A stretch of DNA of 62,782 nt, filler included. It is 15 parts of 15 records of this genome, joined end to end, with 100 filler letters (N's around TTAATTAATTAA, not from the genome) between each part and the next. Parts side by side here need not be neighbours in the genome. Positions count along the whole stretch, not along the records: positions 44,811 to 47,652 come from SRR9188676_2118; positions 47,753 to 53,659 come from SRR9188676_2120; positions 53,760 to 57,402 come from SRR9188676_2130; positions 57,503 to 59,807 come from SRR9188676_2131; 11 more parts are not named here. One strand, 5' to 3'. The notes under the pieces are model-generated. The model was not told where the DNA came from. It was given only the letters and a program-made list of their open reading frames with translations, and did no database searches. Both the position numbers and the translations under genes were made by a program. Below, in pieces: positions 44,999 through 57,843 of this stretch. Numbering within the stretch: the first letter of the stretch is position 1; every line of letters starts with the position of its first letter.

Positions 44999-47314
44999 AT
45001 GAAGCTAGGCCAGATAGACCAAGAGACGCAGACCACTGCGACAGTGGAGGCCAGGAAGCTTCTTGTATTGAATCAGGATGAAGGCGTGGTGCTCTACCCT
45101 TGCGATTTTGAGACCATCGATCACCTGGAAAACTCTCCTGTCGAGGAGTTGGTGCGAAGACGGCGATTCGAGCAGCTAGTCTTGGATGTTTCGACATCCT
45201 TTCTCAGGTATGAGTGAGATGCTTGAATTTGACGGCCTTGTTCTCAAGCATTCCCTCAACAGCATGCGACATGACAATATCGATCACGGTGTAAACGATG
45301 CACTTGCGAAACTCGGGAGATTTGTTCAAGCAGACCGCAGTTATTTGGTAAGTACTGGCTTATCTTGCTTTCCTTCACTCGCACTGCACCCCTGAGCATC
45401 ATTCGGTCACCTGTTCCATTGCTCCTTTGCTTTCTCACTTGCGAAAATGAAAATATTCTTTCGGTTCACACATCAGCAGAATTATATATTGATATTCAAA
45501 CGTCTTGACCACCCGACCCTTTCTCTTCTTCCTGTCCGATGAATTTGTTCACTCATCACCCGCTTACATTTTCTCATATTTCTGTCGTAGTTCCGAATGG
45601 AGACAGGCTATGCTCGAATGACACACGAATGGCATGAAAATGGCCTTGACCCAATGATGCCCATCTGTCAATATGTTCCTGAGGACTCCTTTGCGAGCCA
45701 GTCGTACGTGGCGCGAGGCCAAATTCTATGCATCCCGTCCATTGATGACCTGCCAGAGGAGTGCGTGGGCGAAAGGGAATGGATTGCCGCTGCTGGAGTC
45801 AAGAGTGTCATTACCGTGCCCATGTTTCATAGAGGTGAGTTCTCGCCTACAGAGACTATAATATCTCACGTGTGGTTGGCCAATGTGTGTCAACCCAATC
45901 AGCCTAATTATCATCATTTCCACAATCAAATAAGAAAAAATGCATCAGGCTCCAACAAGCATGGAATGTTTGATAAGCCAAATAGCGGACAGAGAATCAA
46001 GTGTTGAAGTTCAATGATTATTGAGATTCCATATACTTGTTCTCCTTCTGTCCTTCCTTTCTTCGAACTTTAGAGGGGAGGTCTTTCCAATGGTTGTGAC
46101 TTCTGATATTACTCTCCTCCGTTTAGAACCAATTATTCAGCCCCGCTCATGTTTCGTCGAGGTGAGTGTTGAGTTTTCTTTCTTTCAATGTCATATGTCA
46201 TCCTGGTGAGAATCTTCTTTTTGATCCCTCCTCTTCGAAAGAAAGGGAAGATTTTGGAACAAAAGAAAATATCCATTGTTTTTTACATTCTTCGTTCGAT
46301 CGATCTTTCAATTCTCTCGCTTCGCATCGGCATTTTTTATTATTATATCCTGTGAAACTTTTTCTTCTCTTCGTAGGAAAAACCTGTCGCTGCAATATCT
46401 GAATCCTGCGCGGGATATTTCTCTGATATGTAATATACTACAGGAAAACACGTCGGCGTGGTGGGATTCAGTACCATTCGAGAGCACAGACGCTGGTGGA
46501 GCAATGACAGCATTCCACTCCTCCGTGTGCTAAGTGAAGTGCTGTGCAATGTGCTGGAGCGGCAGAAAATCGACGCTGAACTCTGCAAGGCGAAGGAGCA
46601 GGCTGAAGCTGCACTTCGCGCGAAGTCTGAATTTCTTGCGAATACGAGGTATGTCTGAATCTCACAGCTAGTCTCTCACGTTTGTCTACTCTTTCTCAGA
46701 TCATTCTGATCACACACACTACACACACACCACACACACACACCACCATTCTTCATTTCCTCTGGGTCACTGAAACTCAAATCCGGCCCTCGCTTTCAGC
46801 GAGCGCAACTTCTCAGAACAGGCTCGAGGAATGACCCTTCGGACCTCTATGAACGGAATATTCCTCAATGGTCCTCAGCGTAGGTAACATACATTGAGAT
46901 TAGGCAAAGTTGGCCATTGGCACCCCGCAGACTAGCGCACAGTAGTCTATATGAGGTTGGTTTCCGAATTACTCTATGTTTGGCATCCCAACTCGGCTTG
47001 ATTTTGGCTTGATTCAATAAGAATTGACGCTGTTAGTATGTATTTTAGATGTGCAGCCAGAGTCTATTTGTTTTTACGTAAGAGTTTCGGTGAATTTCAA
47101 TGAAGGTTGCTCTCATGCTTTTCTTTTGATTTTGTGGATATAACTATCTCTCACTCACTCATTATCACTACTTCCTTGTTATTCCACTATGTCATGCAGT
47201 CATGAGATCCGTACCCCCCTCAATGCGATCATTGGCCTAGCGGAATTGTTGTGCGATACCCCCCTGAACGAAGAACAAGTTAGCTATGTGAGCACCCTCA
47301 AAGAGTCTGGATCG
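44999..47314 (+). CDS. GAF-domain sensor histidine kinase (hybrid type), 5 exons seen, 3' partial
   Basis: Exons 44999-45208, 45263-45347, 45591-45834, 46444-46648, 47200-47314. GAF motifs [21 protein letters not shown] and [10 protein letters not shown]....VGVVGF. His[30 protein letters not shown]. Confidence 0.92.
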
Positions 47315-47652
47315 GTATGTCCCCTCAACGAAAAGAATAACCTCCGATCTTCCTAACGTCCTGAAATCATCCATTTTCTCCCGTATCTGGGAAAGTTATA
47401 TCCTGATCTTCCCCTTCATCGATATCGCAAGTAAGGTTTCGGAAATCTGGATTATTCCGGCGGTGGAATCTAATTTGTGAATTTTCTCGCTGATGGCGCC
47501 TGTATTCGTGATAGTGCTGAGACTTCTTGTGTGGGAGAAGTGAATCACCGAAATTTCCCTGACCTTTCGTTCTAACAACAGTTTGATATCATTCATTTTT
47601 CTCCTCTATTATAAAAATTGCACTAGACCTGTTGCAAACTCGGGAATTTTTT

Positions 47653-47752
47653 NNNNNNNNNNNNNNNNNNNNNNNNNNNNNNNNNNNNNNNNNNNNTTAA
47701 TTAATTAANNNNNNNNNNNNNNNNNNNNNNNNNNNNNNNNNNNNNNNNNNNN
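47653..47752. other. Artificial contig linker
   Basis: N44-TTAATTAATTAA-N44. Confidence 0.99.
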
Positions 47753-48272
47753 AGAGAGAGAGAGAGAGAGAGAGAATGAGGAACTCAGAAATGGCCAGCG
47801 AAAATCAAAGCTGACCGGTCCCCTAAGTTCTCACAGTTGTCCTAAAGGATTGCGGAAACAACTTGCATGAAACCGAACGTGGAGAGTAGGTATGGTTAGT
47901 TACAAATGGTCAACAGCATTATCAGGTCATTTATCGCTACCGAGTCGCAGGCACATCCAGGCAAAATATAATCGGCTAGAGCAGGATCGGGCAGACAACA
48001 CAAACGATTCCCAGACCTCTGAAAGAAGAATTTTGAACCCTTGCAGAAGCTCAAGAATGCATATAGGTATAATCGCCACACTGCATCGCCTCTCACATGT
48101 TGTCAAGCGTATTTTTTCATAAAAAATTAGTTGGGGTTCCAACATCAACAAAAAAATCGTGCGGTTTTCACCTGCTCTCTCCAGAGATGACAGAGCCATC
48201 CTTTCTAGAAGTGTGGAAGTGGTTGCGAGAAGGGAGAGAATGAAGAGGGGAGAGAAACGAGGGGGGACATAC

Positions 48273-51203
48273 TGTAGCAGTTTCCATAACCCCCATAGCC
48301 TTGTTCCTGGCCATGATCTCGGCCACCTTCTTGCGTGTATAGTCTGCCAGCTGGTGTGCTTGCTGCATCACGGGATGAAACGAAGAAGCAGCACATAAGT
48401 CAAGGATAAAAGGCAAACATCTCTCATAGGAACTTCTGAGAGATGGATGTGTCTGGTTACGCTAGCCCTGCTTTTTTTTTTTTTGGTAGTTTGACAGGGT
48501 ACACGACTCAATCAAAGGTCAGCAGTATCTCTTTTCTTGAACTAATCATTCTCAAAGCCGTATTATTTTTCCAGTTCGAGTAGAGATATTCATGCCAGAT
48601 GCCATCTTTCAAAGGTTAATAATATCTTTTGATAGGCTCGAATCTCGCAAGCTCGCAAGGGGTAACTACCGGGGGAAAACAGAAAGAGAGAGGAGGTACA
48701 AAGCGCATACCCTAGGCTGCTGTTTCCTCGAGAAAGAGTCGGATCTGAGAGCAGAGGGAGCAGCGGCGGCAGAGGTGGAGCCCGCAGGCCCAGTTGTGGG
48801 GTCCATGCGCACCAGCCTGAACACTGACGCATCCGCACCCTTCTTCACGTCCCCTCGGAACGATGGTCCCGGCTGAGGTGGCCGCCCAATAGGGGACGCG
48901 CTAGTAGGTCTGAATGTAGAAGGAGAGCTGAATAAATTAGTGAAAGGATCAGGTCCGGAGATCTGAGATTTGAGGAAAGGGTGGGTGGCTATCGCATCCC
49001 TCTTCCTGAAGAGCGTGTTTGCATGTTCGACGTATATTTCCAAAATGCATTTGCAGGGAAAATGAGAGGAACTTTCAAGAAATCCAAAGATCTGTCGTGT
49101 CGTGTCAGATTTCATCTCATGCAAAGAAAGAAGAAAGAAGAATGAAGGAAATCGCCAGGAAATGCTGCTCATACGCGCTTGAGATAGGTTCGAGAAGAAT
49201 CCGAAGCGTAGATCACATCCGAAATATTCTCTCTCTCTCCTCTTTCTTAACAAACGAGTGGAAGAAGAGAACGATAGATTTTTCACACATTCTTGAGGTG
49301 TCTCTATCGACATTCCCTAGATAGTTATGGCAGGCCAAAAATCATTCCTGAGCCGAGGTCGATCAAAATCCAAGTTACATGAAAGCAAAAGCCGGTGAAT
49401 CCGAAAATCAGCGCGTCGTAGTCTGACATCATCTTGTCATCGTTTTGATCAAATTATGTCTAACCGTTGGTCTATGTGTTTTCTTCTTCCTCTCATGATG
49501 CAATCATTTTTCAGAATAGGGAGAGTTGGCTCACCTAGCCAGGAGGTCATCTTCAGAGGAAGATAACTCTGAGTCCCGAGCCAGGGAGCCAGGATCCCCC
49601 CCATAGTTACGGCCGGCCATGATACCCGACTGACGAGGACGGGGTCGCGGTCTGCAAATTGCATGTCACATCACACACAGAATTAGAGGAGTCCGAAGAC
49701 GTGCACTGATCAGCAATTCAGACCAAGATAAATATGAAGTGGGAGTGGCACACTTATTAATCTGACAAAGTGAATCCCCATGAGAAGAATTAGGAGTTAT
49801 ATTTTATTACGTGCTTCTGCTTTTGAAAAGAAAGTTTACAGGATGACAGGACTTGGCAAGTTTGGCGAACAATTTTGTTTCACTGCTCGATCGGATGAAT
49901 GAACAACTCCAGACTCCAGAATCTATCGTTCTATTCGAAACGACTCCAGTTATAATATGTTATGAAGGTGTTCATCACCTGGATCGGCCCACAGAAGGCG
50001 GGGGTGGGATAGAGAAGCTTTCAGGGCCCTGGGGAGAGGTATCTAGGTCCAGACCCCGCACAGAGTCAGATAGGGCTGGATTCCGTGTCAGAGATGCCCC
50101 ACGCCCAACAATACGAGGTCGCGGTCGCACTGCATGAATGACATGGATAGCGGGGGCGGGGGAGAAGTTCGATAATAATAATTTTAAAAAAGAAGATAAT
50201 GATGTGATGTGGTTGTATTAAGCGATATATGTCGATATTATCATATTTGAGGAGAAAACAATAATATTACTGAACCCGGCATGCGAAAATCCAGATTTCA
50301 CCTGTCCGCATTTCCAAGACTCGCAGAACGGAAAGAGATGATGCACTCTGAATACAGTTCTCCTTAATCTACCTCAAGAGGATGTTTCTGATGGATTTCA
50401 ATCAACAGGTTACATTTTCTCTCAATAAGTGCAGGCAATCTTCTCTCGACCGCCAGATATGATGCCGATTTCGATGATGTACCTTTTCCTTTCAAGGGTG
50501 GGGGTGGTGATATGAGCCCACTAGCCCCTTCAGATGGGGGGCCAACAGCTGGAGAATCAATTATGAGCGAGAGTTGCGAGGGAAAAAGGAAGAAAAAAAG
50601 AGCGGGAAGGCAAGTAAAGAGAACCTACTTCTTGAGGGAGGTCGTGGTCGACTTGGAGGGAATGAAGGAGGCAAAGGGGGTGCCCCATTCTCGTCTAATG
50701 AACCTAAAAGGATGGAAGGGCCATCCTCACCCTACAAGAACAAAAAAGAGATGTCACGAAATTGATGCCGTTGGAAAACACAAAAAAAGAGACATACCAC
50801 CGAAGGAGTTTCGAATCTAGTTCCAGGACGTGGAGCATTTGGACTAAACTGGGTATTCTAACAGAGAAATATCGAGTCAGCGGGTATTTCTATTGATTTC
50901 CTATGTACAAATTATGATGCATACCTCATTCATGCCCTCATCATCCTATTTCAGAGGAGGGAAAATAGAACAGTAAGTTCTCAGAAGAGACTTAATATTG
51001 GGAGCAAGAAAGGAAAGGAAAGAGATGAGAAATACCTCGAGGGCAACATGCGTGAGACTGGCACGACGATCCGATGGCCCAGGATAATCATCTATTGTGA
51101 TAAAATAAATCAGCAAACTGAAATCTACATATGCTGTAGAATACTGCAAGCCAAAAGGATGGGATTGTCAATGATCATAAAGGCCAGTATTACCTGAGGC
51201 CAT
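48273..51203 (-). CDS. Multi-exon protein with Pro/Arg/Ser-rich disordered N-terminus (9 exons seen, 3' partial)
   Basis: Phase-consistent GT-AG splicing gives MASD-DYPGPSDRRASLTHVALE-DDEGMNE-GEDGPS...PPSRPRPPSR-TVGPPS...-VRPRPR...-RPRPRPRQSG...-SASPIGRPP...KQQPR-QAHQLADYTRKKVAEIMARNKAMGVMETAT. Confidence 0.7.
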
Positions 51204-51490
51204 CACGATTCCCAAATTGAACGAAAAGAACCGAGGATATTCAGCAGAATTCGCAAATTCTTAGGTAACCTGAGTCTTAATTAATTAAGCAATAATACAT
51301 CTGCTTCAAACCAAGAAGTGATAGGAAACAGAGGCAAAGAATTCAGCCTGCTTCAACGGGATCGAAAAAAATAAGTTATTTTGGGGTGTGTTGTTTTTCG
51401 CCTCTTCCCTCCCTCTGATCCTGTGCAGATAGATCCTTTTAGATCCTTCAGTAAACCTCTCTGTGTTTTTCGAATGTATTATTATTGATC

Positions 51491-52109
51491 ATGGTAAATT
51501 AGCTGTTAAATAAGATGCTGAGAGATGCTTATGATGCTTTTTCTCTTTTCTCCCTGTGTTTCAGACGATTCACAATTTGTACATCTTTGATCGAACAAGT
51601 GCTTGCCTCTTTTACGAAGAATGGCACCGAACCAAGAAAGTTAAGAATATTGAAGAAGAATTTAAGCTTATGTATGGTCTTCTCTTCTCTTTAAAGTCTT
51701 TTGTTATTAAGATTTCTCCAAAACCGTAAGTTTGCATGATGCACGGTGTCAAAACTTTGCTCTGATTCACTCTTTGGCAGTGTTGATACATTCAATTCTT
51801 TCAAGACCGATACATATAAGCTCCACTATTATGAATCTGCTTCTGGAATTCGGCTCGTCCTTCTCACTGACCCCGAAATGGGAGATCTTAAAGAGACCCT
51901 GAAAAAGCTTTACAATGAAATTTATGTAGAATATGTTGTGAAAAATCCCGTTCATAAAGTGGTATGTTCATCTATTAATATCTCTCTTTTGTTTACATTC
52001 TGATGTTTTCATCCATTTGCTTCAGGGTGAAAAAATCTCATGCGAGAAGTTCAGCAACAAACTCAATGAATACATTTCAAGCTGCCCAGGGTTCAGACCA
52101 CCAACATAA
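51491..52109 (+). CDS. TRAPPC1: TRAPP complex subunit 1 (BET5), 4 exons; first coding exon is the ATG alone
   Basis: [11 protein letters not shown]...[47 protein letters not shown] and [10 protein letters not shown]. Confidence 0.95.
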
Positions 52110-52610
52110 GTTGAGCGTGTACTATAATATTAAATATGTTTTTCATTTCTTCTTGTATCTGGATCTGGATCTGTTTTTGTCGGTTTTTGCATGCAACATG
52201 CAATCCATTGGCTGCATTGGCTGTTGGCACATCTATTGGTGTCGACGGAGTGCATTTTGTTCCTTTTTGTACCTACCCGTTCAGAAAATGTAGCAGTTGT
52301 TTACTCGTCATTTGCATCAAATAGCATCAGGACGACATCAGGAACATTTGACAAGATTTTGCCCCGAAAATCGCACGAAAGGAACATCGGAGTGCAATAT
52401 ATTAACTGCTATTAACTGATGCATTTCGAAGGAAGGAGACTTTCCGAGGAGGGAATCTGAAGGCTGTTTACCATCATAGTCCGGGGAGTTCCCTTGCCAC
52501 AGCAGATCTCTTTTACCGGTGTCAAAGTGCCACAACCCGTGAAAAAAAGCACTTCGGGAAGCACTTCAACCACAGAGATATTGAGTATGCGGTGAGAAAA
52601 CTCTCATTAC

Positions 52611-53410
52611 ATGTCTTCTGACGAGTCATCGGCGCCACCATCTTCAGCTCCCGATCATCATTCGGAAAAAGATGGAGATGTTGCTGCACTCCAAAAGGAA
52701 ATCGAGGATCTGAAATCATCCAAAGAGGAGCTTCGTGAAAAAGCCAAACGTCTCATTGGAGAAGCCAAAGCAAAGGTCGTAGTGCTAGAGAAAAAAGTCG
52801 AAGAACTCACAAAGGAGAATGAAGATCTTCGAACGAAGTCGCCAGCCCCAGGTGATTCTCCGGCGCCTCCAAGGTTTGTCAGAAATTTCACGCGTGCTAT
52901 CTGTGATGGCTCCTATCTTATATATCTTTTTATGTTTTCCTCTCGTTCTTCTAACTTCAGTGTCTGCGATTCGGCAACCGAGACGGATCCAGTCAATGAA
53001 CCACGGTAAGGAATTGATAGTTGCTTGATTCTACCCTCTCTATTGTCCTCTCCTCTCATATATATTACGTTCAGAGAAAATTCTGCGCAGTTTGAAAAGC
53101 GCATTGAAGAGCTCGAAGCCGAAAACCAGAAACTCGAGAGTCGCATTGACAAAGCCAAGGAAATGCTGCGCGATATTAACAAAGAGAAAAAGGAGCTTGA
53201 ATCTGGTTTAGCTGAAGCAAAGTAAGTGCATATCTAGCAGGCGGTCTCTTGGAGACATGAATTCGACCTCTGATTCACATTCATTCTCTCACACAGGCAA
53301 CACAACCACACTCTGAGTGTTCAGCTCCAGGAAGCAATGCAAACATCGAAGCAAGCCAAAAGCGATCTGACGAAGACACTTCTACAAGTTCAAGATCTCG
53401 AGACAGATCG
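52611..53410 (+). CDS. Coiled-coil protein, multi-exon, 3' partial
   Basis: Heptad-rich exons (LQKEIEDLKSSKEELREKAK..., FEKRIEELEAENQKLE...) separated by short GT-AG introns. Confidence 0.7.
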
Positions 53411-53659
53411 GTAAGTAAAGGAGTGTACAAGAAGCTATGGCCTTGTAACATATAGGGGCTCGAAAAAGAAAACAGGGGCACGGCCCTGGACCTCTGTTTC
53501 GGTTCGGAGCGGTCTGTGAGTGGTAAAATGCAGCGAATTTTGGTGGTTCCTGTATACCCCGTTACATCCTGTTTTGTCCTCTGTGATCGGACGCCTGAAT
53601 TTGAAAAAAGGAGGGGGGAGCCCCCCAATCCCCCCTGCAATTCTCTGCGAGGCCGCGGC

Positions 53660-53759
53660 NNNNNNNNNNNNNNNNNNNNNNNNNNNNNNNNNNNNNNNNN
53701 NNNTTAATTAATTAANNNNNNNNNNNNNNNNNNNNNNNNNNNNNNNNNNNNNNNNNNNN
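53660..53759. other. Artificial contig linker
   Basis: N44-TTAATTAATTAA-N44. Confidence 0.99.
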
Positions 53760-54171
53760 GCCAGATCTATGTCAAAGTATTATTAGTGTTTCTTGATCTT
53801 TGTAACGTTTGGGATCCGACTAAGTACATTCCTGAAGTGGTCCGGTTATCATCCTATATCCATCATACCTGTTTCCCCGTCATTCCATCCGTCTCAAAAG
53901 AACAGACTTTCATGTTCTCTCCTGCCTCCGGTCTTGTGTGTAGGCACTCTGTCCGACTCTTCTGCCGGCAATAGAGCTCTTCATTTTAGCCTATCAGAAT
54001 GGCTGGGATCTCCGTAAATTGATGGGACATAGAATATGTGCGTCGACGGAATTCGCGAGTACGTCATCATCAAGCGCGGATGGCATCATGAGGACAGGCG
54101 AGAGAAAAGGAAAAAACGGAGGTTGTTTTTGAGAGAGAAAATTTCACTGTCTTGTTGAACAAATAGCTGAT

Positions 54172-55075
54172 TCATGGCGGTTGTTTGCCGCGGTCTCCAT
54201 CAGCAGGTGTGTGATATCGGAATGATACATATGCATTCCAGCAGAAGTCAACCACATTTAGGCAGAGGACACGAAGACTCACAGGAAGATATAGAAAACT
54301 CAAAGCTTGTGTCACCGGATAAAGGGACCAAGTAATTTGCAAAGTTGGAAGTAAATCTCGCTGAATCTACAAGGCGGAGAAATCTGTTAGATCCGGTTAT
54401 ATCTCAATCGAAGAATAGCAAAAGCTTCATACCTGTTGAAAGATCTGATCAACATTCTGCCCAGCAAAAAAACCGAGGTATGAGAAATATATAACGATAA
54501 TTGTAGGAGCGAGAACAAATTGATCGATCGCAAGTTGAACTACCAAACTTCGGAAATTGGTCACAGGGACGATCCGGGAGAGGGCGTTGTAGCTAGATGA
54601 AAAATACAAAGTGAGCCAATGTAATGATGTTGGATTTCTCTAACCAGACTCACATATAATGGAAAAATGGGGCATTCACGAGGGAAGCGAGGGAGACGAT
54701 GGTGAGAGTGCGTAATTTATCCCAATTCTGCAAAGAGATCTGGCGGTCTTCTTTCTTGGCTTGAATAGTTTGAGCAACAAGATCACTCGAGCCAGCTATG
54801 AGACCGGCGGTCAAACTTTTCATCAACACAGGATTGTGCTCAAGCTTTATCAAATACCAATCCAGTCGAGAATGGCGACGAACGAAAGGTCGGTTCTGAG
54901 GACAGACATTCAAACGAGAGAGTTTTGGGGCTTGATGGAACATTCGAGTTGACTGAAAGGCGAAACCCCAGAGCCTACTTTGTTTTCCTGCCATTTGTGA
55001 TGGTAGGGCACCGTGCAATGGGGAAGTGTGGTGCTGAGCTGAATGATTGATGAGCGGGGAGCACTTTTGTTTCAT
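54172..55075 (-). CDS. Mpv17/PMP22 family membrane protein, 3 exons (start ATG 55075 or 54994)
   Basis: WY...LE..PVLMKSLTAG.I...SDLVAQ, DQFVLAP, PTL...W.LYP..Q...F.YLP..LRVL..NVV...WNAYVS. R/S-rich N-terminal extension. Confidence 0.9.
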
Positions 55076-55558
55076 CGAGTCGGGGTGGACAAGGGCCTCC
55101 GTGAGGGCACCACGACGTTGCACTATGTAGCAGCCGCTCTGAAACTCAAAGGTAGTCGCAGACTCGCGCAAGTTCAGTATTCATTTCACTGCTTTTCCAT
55201 CCGGGGGAACTCTGAACTCTCTCCCTCAGCATGACAAACTCAAGCACCATTATTTTGTTATGGGTCTCAGCAATTATATAGCTTCGGATGAACCATACGT
55301 GAATATCTGGCAATCTAGTCAACATCACAATCAATCATAATGATAATATGATAAAGATGAGTGGATGTGAGTGGAAGAGAGTGATGAGAGGTGAGAAAAA
55401 TGCAAAATCAGTGCGGAAAAAAAAGATAAATGAAGATAAGATCCAAGTAGAAGAGAGGGAAAAGAAGATAGATTAGTTTATTAGAGAGTCCGGTATGAGT
55501 GTGTGGTCCTTTAAAATACAGAATGATCGCAGGTAAGGCCCAGGATTAACAGAAATAT

Positions 55559-56233
55559 TTAGCCATAGTTCAATCGGAACATATCGTTGTACACATAATA
55601 GCTTTGGGGGTTCTGAGGATGGGGCTTAAGATGGAAAACTTGGGCAAACTTAACGGGACTGGTGCTACCATCGATCTGAAAAGAGGAGAGAGAAAGGTTT
55701 GAAGAATAAAGAAGTGCACCACAATGATAATAGTAATGAAAAACGAGAGAAAGAAAGAAAGAAAATGACACTGAATGAAAAACAGAAAGAAAGTTCGAAG
55801 GATGAGGCAATGGAATGGTGCTTACGAAAACATCGCCATTGACAAAAACAAGAACACCCATCGGAGAACTGGGATTTAGTGGGTCGGCAAAGGCAGGTTG
55901 GGCATCATATGTCTTCACGTCATGTCGAACCGTTTGAAAAGGTAATGACTGATATAGTACCGGGGATTCGCTCAGAACAAAGAGCAACAGAAATTCAGAA
56001 TAACAAACATGTACCTTAATTTTCTGTACAATGGCTTCAGCACCTTGGAAAGGTTGCCCTTCGAATGTGCACATGGACTGAGCAGACTGCGAGGGAATGT
56101 TTTTGAGTAAATCAAGATGATTAACAAACATTTTCTTGAGTCATACATAAAGCGGTCCAAGCTCTCTGTTTGTGTCGAAGACGTGATAATAATACTGGAC
56201 GAAATCCTTTGCTACTTGATCCCAAGACGTCAT
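55559..56233 (-). CDS. NTF2: Nuclear transport factor 2, 4 exons
   Basis: VAKDFVQYYYHVFDTNR.LGPLY, SM.TFEG..FQGA..IV.K, LPFQ, DAQP, FAQVFHL and YV.ND.FRLNYG. Confidence 0.96.
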
Positions 56234-56368
56234 GTTTTCGCGAAATTCAAAAAAAAAATGTAGATGCACCAGATCTGCCCCTCCGGTTAGATCTAATAAA
56301 CAATAAACATACTCCTGACCAAGAACACTTCACGTTCAGGCCGACGTGACAGAACGCACCTCAAAAAA

Positions 56369-57402
56369 ATGGCTCAGAGAATATCATCGCCAATTTTCAG
56401 ATGGCAGCGGGTCTGCGTTTCTCCACGCGTTGCCACATCTCATACCTCTATCCAACGTTCCTCTCTTTCTCTCTACTCAACAGCTGCCGTCGCCCCTCAA
56501 GCAGCTCAGAAGGTACCATCTCTGACAATCATCATATTTCTTTGCTCAGTTTCTTTTGCATATGTCCATAGGCATCACCTGAAGTTCAACGCCAAGCATG
56601 GGCACTCAAATACTACCAGGATAACAAACGCTTTGTTGACTCTATCGCTCGTGCCGTCCCCGAATTCATCGAGTGTATTGAGGCTACCAATGTTGGATTC
56701 TATCCCGAGTTTACCATCCACGCAAAATTAGAGCATGTCGATAAGCTGATGCTTTTCCTCCGAGATCACCATGCCTGCCAATATACAATTGTTTCTGATA
56801 TCGCCGGAGCTGATTATCCTGATCGTCAACAGCGTTTCGAAGTGGTCTATCAACTTTTGAGCGTCAGGTATTGTTTTTATATCGATATTCTATATCTATT
56901 TTAAAAATCATCTATTCGATGATTTAACGTATCTTTCTCAGATATAATTCGCGCCTTCGCATCAAGGTCCACACTGATGAACTCACCCCTGTTCCCTCTA
57001 TCACCGATGTCCATAGGGTATGTATTCACAAGGCTGCTCTTCACTTCTTTCTCAGAATTTGAGTCGTCCATTTCTGAATCTGAAATGATCAAGAAAGAAC
57101 ACGAATGAAATCTTATTGTTCGTTTAAAATATTTGGCAGGGTGCTGCTTGGTATGAACGAGAAGCTTGGGATTTGTATGGTATTTTCTTCTCTGGCCATC
57201 CAGGTAAAATCGTCTCGGTTTGCCTCGATTTCTTGACGCTAACAATTCATGTGTAGATCTGCGAAGGATTCTGACAGATTATGGTTTTGAAGGCCATCCG
57301 ATGAGGAAAGACTTTCCGCTGACGGGTTTCGTTGAGGTATGATTTTTTGTTCTTTCAATTCATCTCCGTATTCTTATTCCACTGTGCAGGTCCGTTATGA
57401 TG
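56369..57402 (+). CDS. NDUFS3: NADH dehydrogenase 30-kDa subunit (Nad9/NuoC), nuclear-encoded with presequence, 3' truncated
   Basis: [66 protein letters not shown]. Five introns. Confidence 0.97.
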
Positions 57403-57502
57403 NNNNNNNNNNNNNNNNNNNNNNNNNNNNNNNNNNNNNNNNNNNNTTAATTAATTAANNNNNNNNNNNNNNNNNNNNNNNNNNNNNNNNNNNNNNNNNN
57501 NN
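57403..57502. other. Artificial contig linker
   Basis: N44-TTAATTAATTAA-N44. Confidence 0.99.
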
Positions 57503-57843
57503 TTACAGTCATTGTAAAGTACTATTATATTTCACATGAGATTTTTGGAGGCTCAGAGTGAAGAAATTCCACTTTCAAGTCTCGAACAACCGACCAGTGC
57601 CGTGAGCTATTTCTCATTCCCGACCTTCCCACCTCTCTTAATTGCCTTCAAATTGACACAACGTTGCGATCAAGAATGGGAAAGTTTGTGAATTGGTCAC
57701 ATCAACCAAAAATGCCCGAAAAGCCTCACGATCTGATCGCCTCCGCTATCCCCTCCCAATTTCTGAAACCCGGAGGTATCCAGTAATTGCATTTCATTGA
57801 TCGCTCCCTCCCCTTCCCCCCCCCTGTTATCTTCTATGCGCAG

